Shown here piece after piece: positions 17,245 through 24,201 of a stretch of DNA of 25,364 bases; position 1 is the first letter of the stretch, and each line of letters opens with the position of its first letter. The notes under the pieces are model-generated. The model saw only the letters and a program-made list of their open reading frames with translations, searched no databases and was not told the DNA's origin. The translations under genes were made by a program, and so were the position numbers. This stretch comes from a virus. The stretch covers positions 90,516-115,879 of the IMG/VR virus record IMGVR_UViG_3300002138_000190; one strand, 5' to 3'.

Positions 17245-18707
17245 TTATTAATGTTTTGTCCAAAAGCAAAAATTTTATTTTCTTTTATTTTTTTACAAAC
17301 AAAAGTTTTTACACCTTGTCTGCCACATTTATTTTCTTGCTCAGAAGTTTCAACAATCTTAAACCCATTTTGTTCCATGTACCAATCAAAAGATTCATTT
17401 GTCCAATAATAAATATGTTCATTCTTTTTGAAATGTTTACTCAAAGAAAGTCTTATGAAATTATCGTAAATTGGAAGAGTTACAATAACAAATTGATTTT
17501 TTTTAATTTTGGACAAGAAATAACAAGGATTTACCATGTGCTCCAAAGCATCCCACATAGTAATTACATCTATTTTTGAAATATCATCGTAATAAGGATT
17601 TAAAAAGTTACCTTTATCTTTAAGCCACTTAATTCCATGTGGATTTATATCAAACCCAAAAATATTTTTTTTAACTTTATCAATAAACTCACCAGAGCCA
17701 ATTCCAATATCTAAAACATTACCATCTTTTGTATATTTTTTTGTTAAGTCACATCTAAATTTATTTAATTTTTTTGAAATATTAGTGTTTCTTAAATTTA
17801 CAAAATTTTGAAAATAATCATGTTCATAAGGTATTAATGTATCTAAGTTAATTTGAAATATAATATCATTGGCAAAAGAATGAGCAAAATCTTGATTGTA
17901 AAAAATTGCTGCCTTTGTTCCAATAAAGTTGCAATGTCTATAAGGAATTATTGAATTAACTATAAAATCAAATTCCTTTTGAGCAGTATAATAATATTTC
18001 TTGCTAAACATTAAATGAGGACTTAAAGATTTAATTAATAATTTATCTTGTGGGAATAATTGACTAGCTAAAACAGATAAGAAAGAATCAATCCCAATGT
18101 AACCATTTGCTTTTTTAATAATTTCAATTGATTCTTCTAATGATGTCTTACTCATTAAATTAACAATTCTTGAATTAATGGGTATTACATAATCATCTTC
18201 ATGTACTCCTAAAACAACAGCATATTGGTCTGTTTGCGATAAGAATAATTCAATGTTTCTCCACTCAACATTATCAATATCCTTTCTCCCATTCTTACCT
18301 CTGGTTACTGTTGTTGGAGCAATTACAATAAACTTTTCTGGCAATTCTTGTTTGATATCCGTAATTTTATTCTTTATGAAACTTGATATTCTAAAAGATG
18401 GCAAAGTTTTATTGCCAAACACAGTAAAAATACTATGATCAACAATTTTTTCCCAATTTTTTGGTTTGGTTGTTAACAAAGCTCCTAAGTGTTCTTTAGT
18501 TTCAATATAAGGTACTTTGCTCCAATCATCGTAAATAACTTCTACTTCAATATCTTTCCAATAAGGTAAAAGGTTAAACAAATAAATTAAATCTTTTTTT
18601 CTTGGAGTTGCAAGATAAATCTTCTTAATTTGCTTTAGTTGTTTTTCAGGTATAAAGCTTTCAATGGCGATGAAATCACCAATTGCACCAGTAATTAATA
18701 TTTCCAT
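17232..18707 (-). CDS. GT9-like (heptosyltransferase-type) domain fused to class I SAM methyltransferase
   Basis: N-terminal GAIGD, FIVIAP, VNLMSKTSLEESIEIIKKANGYIGIDS; C-terminal VLDIGIGSG, GFDIN, TMWDALEH, EHIYYW. Confidence 0.8.
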   Translation of the reverse strand: MEILITGAIGDFIAIESFIPEKQLKQIKKIYLATPRKKDLIYLFNLLPYWKDIEVEVIYDDWSKVPYIETKEHLGALLTTKPKNWEKIVDHSIFTVFGNKTLPSFRISSFIKNKITDIKQELPEKFIVIAPTTVTRGKNGRKDIDNVEWRNIELFLSQTDQYAVVLGVHEDDYVIPINSRIVNLMSKTSLEESIEIIKKANGYIGIDSFLSVLASQLFPQDKLLIKSLSPHLMFSKKYYYTAQKEFDFIVNSIIPYRHCNFIGTKAAIFYNQDFAHSFANDIIFQINLDTLIPYEHDYFQNFVNLRNTNISKKLNKFRCDLTKKYTKDGNVLDIGIGSGEFIDKVKKNIFGFDINPHGIKWLKDKGNFLNPYYDDISKIDVITMWDALEHMVNPCYFLSKIKKNQFVIVTLPIYDNFIRLSLSKHFKKNEHIYYWTNESFDWYMEQNGFKIVETSEQENKCGRQGVKTFVCKKIKENKIFAFGQNINKCAF

Positions 18708-18775
18708 TACTTAAAATAATAATGTTGATTGGAAAATAATTTGTAAAAACTATATTATGCTGAATCTTTTTTACT

Positions 18776-18857
18776 GCTGGTGTCGCATAGTGGCTATTGC
18801 AGCAGTTTTGTAAACTGCCGAGTAAAATCATCGTGAGTTCGAGTCTCACCATCAGCT
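18776..18857 (+). tRNA. tRNA-Thr(TGT), 14-nt variable region, no encoded CCA
   Basis: Acceptor GCTGGTG/CATCAGC; anticodon arm GCAGT-TTTGTAA-ACTGC (TGT at 18809-18811); T arm GTGAG-TTCGAGT-CTCAC. Confidence 0.9.
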
Positions 18858-18885
18858 TTTAAAAATAATTTTTTTTAAATTAACA

Positions 18886-18914
18886 TTGACTTTTAAAATT
18901 AAAAATAATACTAT
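18886..18914 (+). promoter_or_regulatory. Sigma70-type promoter
   Basis: TTGACT (18886-18891), 17 nt spacer, TACTAT (18909-18914), 9 nt before the tRNA at 18924. Confidence 0.7.
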
Positions 18915-18923
18915 TAAAAATAT

Positions 18924-18999
18924 GGGGGCATAGCTCAGTCTGGCCCAGAGCAGAAAACTCATAATTTTTTGGTCGTTGGTTCAAATCCAACTGCCCCCA
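18924..18999 (+). tRNA. tRNA with CAT anticodon, probably Ile2 (lysidine) rather than Met; no encoded CCA
   Basis: Acceptor GGGGGCA/TGCCCCC with A73; anticodon arm GAAAA-CTCATAA-TTTTT; T arm GTTGG-TTCAAAT-CCAAC. It lacks initiator features (paired 1:72, no GGG/CCC anticodon stem), and the GGG start favours Ile2. Confidence 0.88.
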
Positions 19000-19012
19000 C
19001 TAAGCCACATTA

Positions 19013-19570
19013 ATGTTAATTATTTTTAGACATAACTATGTTATGTTCATGTCATATATATGTAAAAAATGTGGTGTAAGTTTTCCATGTTGGGTTATTA
19101 TTGAAGGTAAAAGTCACAATCTAAACAATCGTAAATTTTGTTTATCTTGCTCACCTTTTGGCAGACACAATACTAGGGATATTACAAAATATGCAAATAA
19201 TCCATTAGAAGTGAAAGAAGGTGGCAATTCAAACACTCAGATGATAAAATGTAAACATCATGGTTTAACTGAATTTATTTATGAAGAGCGTGGATATCAT
19301 CGTTGTAAAAAATGTAGATCTATTTCCGTAACCAATCACAGACGCAAAATTAAAGCCTTGTTAGTAAAAGATTTTGGTGGCAAATGTGTGATTTGTGGAT
19401 ATAATAAATGTCAACAGGCATTGCAATTTCATCATACTGATCCTAAAAATAAGGACTTTAATATTTCTAGTAAAGGTACAAAAAGTTATAAAAAAGTTTT
19501 AGAAGAAGCGAGAAAATGTATATTAATTTGTTCTAATTGTCATTTTGAAATTCATAACAATATTATTTGA
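19013..19570 (+). CDS. HNH endonuclease with N-terminal Zn-ribbon modules (probable free-standing homing endonuclease); start may be 19049
   Basis: CKKC...CLSC, CKHHG...RCKKC, and CVICGYNKCQQALQFHHTDP...KCILICSNCHFEIH; wedged between two tRNAs. Confidence 0.9.
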   Translation: MLIIFRHNYVMFMSYICKKCGVSFPCWVIIEGKSHNLNNRKFCLSCSPFGRHNTRDITKYANNPLEVKEGGNSNTQMIKCKHHGLTEFIYEERGYHRCKKCRSISVTNHRRKIKALLVKDFGGKCVICGYNKCQQALQFHHTDPKNKDFNISSKGTKSYKKVLEEARKCILICSNCHFEIHNNII

Positions 19571-19584
19571 CTATAATAATACAT

Positions 19585-19659
19585 TCCCTTGTAGCTCAAT
19601 TTGGTAGTAGCACAAATTTGTTAAATTTGCGGTTCTTGGTTCGAGTCCAAGCGAGGGAG
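19585..19659 (+). tRNA. tRNA-Asn(GTT), no encoded CCA
   Basis: Acceptor TCCCTTG/CGAGGGA with G73; anticodon arm CAAAT-TTGTTAA-ATTTG; T arm CTTGG-TTCGAGT-CCAAG. Confidence 0.92.
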
Positions 19660-19674
19660 TTTTCTTTCAGAAGC

Positions 19675-19681
19675 ATAAATA
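19675..19681 (+). promoter_or_regulatory. Putative late promoter core ATAAATA
   Basis: 7 nt upstream of the 19689 ATG, no SD. Confidence 0.35.
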
Positions 19682-19688
19682 GTTTATT

Positions 19689-20306
19689 ATGCCAATTTGC
19701 TTTGACAGAAAATTACTTTTTGTTCATATTCCAAAAACTGCTGGTACTTCTACGCATGATTATTTTGGGTTTGAATATACTACTAGAAAATTATATGGTA
19801 GAACTTTAAATACTTCAGTTGAAGCTAGTCATTTGCCCTTGTTTGCTATCAATGAATTTTATGATTTAACAGATTATTTTAAATTTTGTTTTGTTAGAAA
19901 TCCTTGGGATAGAGCAGTATCTGCTTTTAAATTTGGTTTAAAAGAATCACCTGAAAAAATAAAATTATTTGAACCAACAAATAATTTTCAAACTTTTTTG
20001 GAGTCTATTAAAAAAAATTGGGATCGTATAATGAATAACAGACCATCTCATTGGCTTTGTAATCATTTTCAACCACAATCTTATTACATAAAATCAGATG
20101 ATTTAAAAATGGATTTCATAGGTAAATTTGAAAATTATAATGAAGATATCAAATATCTTGGTAAAAAATTTAACATTGAAAAAGAAATACCTCATTTAAA
20201 CAAGACAAATCACAAACCATATAAAAATTTTTACAATAACGATACAATTAAAATTATTGAAGATCTTTATAAAGAAGATATTGAAGCTTATAATTACAAA
20301 TTTTAA
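19689..20306 (+). CDS. Sulfotransferase family 2 (HNK-1/carbohydrate sulfotransferase-like)
   Basis: FVHIPKTAGTS (5'-PSB), FVRNPWDRAVS (3'-PB), HFQPQ, DFIGKFE, YKEDI..YNY. Confidence 0.92.
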   Translation: MPICFDRKLLFVHIPKTAGTSTHDYFGFEYTTRKLYGRTLNTSVEASHLPLFAINEFYDLTDYFKFCFVRNPWDRAVSAFKFGLKESPEKIKLFEPTNNFQTFLESIKKNWDRIMNNRPSHWLCNHFQPQSYYIKSDDLKMDFIGKFENYNEDIKYLGKKFNIEKEIPHLNKTNHKPYKNFYNNDTIKIIEDLYKEDIEAYNYKF

Positions 20307-20362
20307 AAATAAAACATTGGATTATTTTTGAAAATTTAACATAATTACAATAAATAATATAA

Positions 20363-20402
20363 GATTTCAAAAAGAAATAGCTATTAATGTCTTTTTGAGA
20401 TT
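20363..20402 (+). promoter_or_regulatory. Leader stem-loop upstream of the 74-aa gene
   Basis: Perfect 9-bp inverted repeat TCAAAAAGA (20367-20375) / TCTTTTTGA (20390-20398), extendable to 13 bp with G-U pairs. Confidence 0.5.
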
Positions 20403-20432
20403 AATTATTGTTTATAAACAAAGGAGATTATT

Positions 20433-20657
20433 ATGGCAAGTTTTCAAGTTAAATTGGTTCCAGATGAATTGAATTTCTCAACAGAAGGTGGTCTTGACAC
20501 ATCTATTGTTAATGGTGTTTCCAAGCAAAGAACCTTTAATGTTATTGAAACCGTATCTGGCGGTGGCAGAAAAATTACTGTTAATGTTGCAGATGGTGGT
20601 TATTTCAATGATACAGTTCAAGGTTTAACTAGTATTCCTGGCATTATTGCAGATTAG
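20433..20657 (+). CDS. Small acidic beta-rich protein, probable late/virion protein
   Basis: Strong SD AAGGAG (20421-20426), upstream ATAAATA (20350-20356), own terminator, Gly/Val/Thr/Ser-rich composition unlike the Lys/Asn-rich island genes. Confidence 0.8.
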   Translation: MASFQVKLVPDELNFSTEGGLDTSIVNGVSKQRTFNVIETVSGGGRKITVNVADGGYFNDTVQGLTSIPGIIAD

Positions 20658-20674
20658 TTTTAATTATTTTTAAC

Positions 20675-20714
20675 AAATAAAAAAGCCCTAGTTTATGCTG
20701 GGGCTTTTTTATTT
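20675..20714. terminator. Intrinsic terminator, potentially bidirectional
   Basis: AAATAAAAAAGCCCTAG-TTTATG-CTGGGGCTTTTTTATTT hairpin with a T tract 3' and an A tract 5'. Confidence 0.9.
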
Positions 20715-20737
20715 TAATAATACTATCTAGATACAGT

Positions 20738-21070
20738 ATGGAATGGATAACTTTACTTATTGCTTTAAATTTTTACTTTGCATGCACATATTTTAGTTTT
20801 CATGAAGAACTAAGAAGAGCTAACTGGTTTGTACCAGTTTCAGTATGTTTAAACATTGTTACTTCATTTCTTTGGTTTTCAACAGTCAAATACATAGATG
20901 AAAAAAATAAAATATTTTTCTATTCTTTAGTTTGGGATTTTTTCATGGTAGGCATTGCTTATTTTGTTCCTGTGCTATTTTTTAATTTAAACTTAAATAA
21001 AATGACAATTGCTGGATTTCTTTTGATGATTGTTGGATTGATTATTATAAAAACAAATATGCCCGAATAA
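20738..21070 (+). CDS. Small four-helix membrane protein (SMR/DMT-like topology)
   Basis: 110 aa with four hydrophobic segments; C-terminal IAGFLLMIVGLIII resembles SMR/EamA helix 4. Confidence 0.7.
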   Translation: MEWITLLIALNFYFACTYFSFHEELRRANWFVPVSVCLNIVTSFLWFSTVKYIDEKNKIFFYSLVWDFFMVGIAYFVPVLFFNLNLNKMTIAGFLLMIVGLIIIKTNMPE

Positions 21071-21078
21071 ACTTACAA

Positions 21079-21423
21079 TTAATTAAGATCAGTAACTTCT
21101 TTTTGAAAATTTTGAAATATTTTTTTCTCAATTCTACCTAATAACATTATTTTTTTCTTCTCGTTATCATAAGTTAACATACCATCTACCTTGCCAACTA
21201 AATTTTTGTATTCATTGTAAATTGGCTTTGTTAAGAAAGATTTTTCGTTGTGGATTTCTCCTTGAAAATCAATATTATTGCCTCCACATTTGGTAGTTGC
21301 CATAATACTTTGAATAACTATTTCTACTTTTTTAGCTTTATTTTTAAATTTAGCTGTAAACAAAATAAAAATCTTGCAAGCATTGAGAGAATCTAAATAA
21401 TACCATATTTCATTTTCCATCAT
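21079..21423 (-). CDS. Hypothetical protein
   Basis: 114 aa ORF filling the gap; no motif recognised. Confidence 0.6.
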   Translation of the reverse strand: MMENEIWYYLDSLNACKIFILFTAKFKNKAKKVEIVIQSIMATTKCGGNNIDFQGEIHNEKSFLTKPIYNEYKNLVGKVDGMLTYDNEKKKIMLLGRIEKKIFQNFQKEVTDLN

Positions 21424-21500
21424 AATTTAATATAGGAATATTATTTTAAATTTGTATTGTTTTATTGCATTAATAATTAATTTAAAATCTTATATACTAC

Positions 21501-23336
21501 ATGATTAATTGTGAATTTAAAAATTGGTTAATGCTTGAAGCTGAAAGAATGCCTTTAGATCAAGTTGAAGATTCTTGCAAAACAACTTGTCCAGATGCAA
21601 CAGTAATTTGGCTAATCAAATTAGAAGAAAATTGGGAACAATATAAAAATTTATTACCTGAAGAAGTTGAAAAAATAAACTATTTCGTTAAAGATTACGA
21701 TGGTGGAAAATATATTGAAGGTCTTGAAAGCGGTAAAAAAAATAATTTTAAATTTAAGTCTGAAATATATGATAAAGTAATTGACATTATTCCTCAAGAA
21801 AGTGAAGCAAATAGTAAATCTGGTGTAAAGCCTTTGTCTGGTGGTAGCATTTCTGTAAGACCTAGAAAAATAACGCAGTCTGAAGAATTTGGAAATTATG
21901 TTTCGATAAGTGATAAAATTACTATTCCATCAGAAATAATAAATAAAATACTTGCTGTTGGTGGTTGTGCATTAACTTGTCTTCATTTAAGTGGTGGGCA
22001 TGTTGATGCAAAAACTGTTGGAGGCTATAAAAAAACACATTTATTCCATACTAATCAAGATTTGTTTTACAATAATACTTTGGAAGATTATTTCAAAAAT
22101 GCTTTGAAAGCTCTTTATGAAAAATGTTTGGGAACAGATCCAGCAAAAGATATAGATCATTATGCAGTTAGATTAAATGGAACTACAGATATTAGACATT
22201 TTGATAAAAAGTTTATATTAGATCAAAGTACAATATATAAGATTAACAAAAGTATAAATAAATATAACAGCAAATCACAAACTAAATTTAATACAATAAA
22301 TTTATCTTTTAAAGAACCAGTAAACTTCTTTGATGTTTTCAATCAAATGTGGAAAAAAGCTACTAAAAATATAAATTGTAAGTTTAGTCCAGCTTTTTTG
22401 ATGTTTTATGATTATACGGCTATAAGTGGATTATCAGATGCGTATGCAAAAGGAAAATTACCAAAAAATTATCATATTACCTTTAGTGCAAAAGAAGGTA
22501 ATCTTAAGCAAATTATGAATGCACTTGCTAATGGAATTGGTGTTGCCTTGCCAATTTGGACAGGTGGATCTAAAAAAACCAATAAAATTGGTTTTCCAAC
22601 AATGTGGTATCCATCAGGATTTAGTACAGGAATAGGATATAGAATAATTGATGGTGACCAATATGATGCAAGATTTTTAGATAAAAAAATACATAAAATA
22701 CACCCTAAAGAAGGTTATATCATTGGACTTCGTGCAAAAGGTAAACTTGAAGATGTTCAAGATTTCGATAGTGGATTTTCAGAAAGAATTCTTTTAGATG
22801 TGAAATATCCAACTAAAGATAAACTTACAGAATTTGCAAAAAGATATAACTTTAAAATTTTAGAAAACTCTCCAAACTTTGAAGATGCTAAAAATGACTT
22901 TATGACTTTGACTAATTCTCATTTAAATCCAAGATTTAATCCAAATGATCCAGCAATTAATAAAATTATATTAGAGCAAATAATTTATACTCTCAGAAGA
23001 AGTGATGTTATTATAAATAATTTGGGAAAACTTGGTGGCAGGGATTTTTATCATGCTCAAGAAGATAGAGGCATGGAAAGATTAATTGATTTAAAAGATT
23101 TAGATCATGATGATCTTCATAACATTGCTGGAACTAGTGCTAAAACAGACAAGGGTGTTGCAAAACAAACTTATTCTGGATCAAGTGCTAAAGTTGAAAA
23201 AGGAGAGCAGTTTAAAGTAAAAACAAATCAAACAAATATGCTTCCTCACACTAGTTTTATAGCATTGAGAAATAAATTAGATTATCTTAGAGATCAGAAA
23301 ATTAAAAACAAAAATTTAAACACCAATCTTGCTTAA
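21501..23336 (+). CDS. GP88-like (divergent Cys-containing, radical-SAM-related) phage protein with insertions
   Basis: TCPDA...GCALTCL, VRLNGTTD, FYDYT, LPKNYHITFSAKE, IIDGDQYDARFLD, IIGLRAKG match the recalled GP88-family motif order. Confidence 0.7.
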   Translation: MINCEFKNWLMLEAERMPLDQVEDSCKTTCPDATVIWLIKLEENWEQYKNLLPEEVEKINYFVKDYDGGKYIEGLESGKKNNFKFKSEIYDKVIDIIPQESEANSKSGVKPLSGGSISVRPRKITQSEEFGNYVSISDKITIPSEIINKILAVGGCALTCLHLSGGHVDAKTVGGYKKTHLFHTNQDLFYNNTLEDYFKNALKALYEKCLGTDPAKDIDHYAVRLNGTTDIRHFDKKFILDQSTIYKINKSINKYNSKSQTKFNTINLSFKEPVNFFDVFNQMWKKATKNINCKFSPAFLMFYDYTAISGLSDAYAKGKLPKNYHITFSAKEGNLKQIMNALANGIGVALPIWTGGSKKTNKIGFPTMWYPSGFSTGIGYRIIDGDQYDARFLDKKIHKIHPKEGYIIGLRAKGKLEDVQDFDSGFSERILLDVKYPTKDKLTEFAKRYNFKILENSPNFEDAKNDFMTLTNSHLNPRFNPNDPAINKIILEQIIYTLRRSDVIINNLGKLGGRDFYHAQEDRGMERLIDLKDLDHDDLHNIAGTSAKTDKGVAKQTYSGSSAKVEKGEQFKVKTNQTNMLPHTSFIALRNKLDYLRDQKIKNKNLNTNLA

Positions 23337-23358
23337 TTTTTTGTAATAGTGTGGATCT

Positions 23359-23643
23359 TTATTCAAAGTATTCGTCAGGAATACTATTTGATGTTATTGG
23401 ATAGCCTTCTTTTAAACTTTTTTGTTCGTCTGGAGTTAAATAATTAACAACTTGATTTATGTCATTTTCATCTTGCAAATACAAATCAGATTCACTTCCA
23501 TTTACAGTATAAAGGTATTTTTCTTTTTTTAGTGGATCTACTTCTCCTTTCCATATATGCAAATGACCCATTTTGTCCATTTGACATGTTACAGTTGAAT
23601 AAAGCTGGCTTTCTTTTAAACCCATCCATTTACTAAATGACAT
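23359..23643 (-). CDS. Hypothetical protein with capsid-targeting-like N-terminus
   Basis: SD AAAGGT; begins MSFSKWMGLKE. Confidence 0.8.
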   Translation of the reverse strand: MSFSKWMGLKESQLYSTVTCQMDKMGHLHIWKGEVDPLKKEKYLYTVNGSESDLYLQDENDINQVVNYLTPDEQKSLKEGYPITSNSIPDEYFE

Positions 23644-23679
23644 AATTACCTTTCTACTTTAAGATTATATATAATATTA

Positions 23680-24192
23680 ATGATGATAAATTTCGCTATT
23701 TTAATAATGTTAAACTACAGCATTTTTGTTGAAGAAATTAAATTTAAAAAAGCTATATTTGATTTACATGTTAAATATGATTTGAGAATGATTGGAGATG
23801 ACCATCCAACTACTATTACAACTTTTTTAAAAGAATATAAAGAAGTTAAACTTAATAATTATCCTGATATTGCATGGTCTTATAATTTTAATTGTTTTAG
23901 TAGATTTCAAACCATGCCAATATTGCAATTTAATCAAGCTTATCAAGCTTATTGTAGAATACAATTAAGTTATGATTCAAGTAATTTTAGATATTGGACA
24001 AATGCACTTAATGAAGCAGAATACTTGTATAACATACATGATTTAGTAGATGATTCCTTTCATGAACATTTTAATTTGTTTAAAAGAAGAAAAGCTTTAA
24101 GCAAATTAAGAGACATAATTGGAGAAGAAAATTTCTATAATGGAATTTTACCTCCAATAGTTCCAGTTTGGAGATTTCAATTAATTGAGTGA
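23680..24192 (+). CDS. Hypothetical protein, hydrophobic N-terminus
   Basis: 170 aa ORF; helical C-terminus RRKALSKLRDIIGEENFYNGILPPIVPVWRF. Confidence 0.75.
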   Translation: MMINFAILIMLNYSIFVEEIKFKKAIFDLHVKYDLRMIGDDHPTTITTFLKEYKEVKLNNYPDIAWSYNFNCFSRFQTMPILQFNQAYQAYCRIQLSYDSSNFRYWTNALNEAEYLYNIHDLVDDSFHEHFNLFKRRKALSKLRDIIGEENFYNGILPPIVPVWRFQLIE

Positions 24193-24201
24193 TGAATCTA
24201 T

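Noticed and set aside
4144-18438. Short opposite-strand ORFs (4144, 6607, 6877, 7752, 9397, 10668, 15560, 15564, 15920, 16994, 17256, 18253)
   Set aside because: They lie antisense within well-supported genes and are Phe/Leu/Ile/Ser-rich, as expected for shadows of AT-rich genes.
356-18707. Ordinary bacterial O-antigen/capsule locus
   Set aside because: No wzx/wzy/wzm/wzt, rmlA-type or initiating transferase was recognised, strands switch repeatedly, and the flanks carry phage-type genes. Not fully excluded without the rest of the contig.
18802-18818. Reading the first tRNA as Tyr(GTA)
   Set aside because: The GTA register breaks the anticodon stem, whereas the TGT register gives a perfect 5-bp stem and 7-nt loop; G1-C72/C2-G71 fits Thr.
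19572-19577. TATAAT before tRNA-Asn as a sigma70 promoter
   Set aside because: No convincing -35 at 16-18 nt spacing and no exact extended -10; plausible but unsupported in this AT-rich background.
19567-19809. 80-aa ORF
   Set aside because: It overlaps tRNA-Asn and the sulfotransferase in another frame.
21603-21959. Insertion in the GP88-like gene as an intein or intron
   Set aside because: It has no N-terminal C/S block, no terminal HN followed by C/S/T and no LAGLIDADG motif; the frame is continuous.
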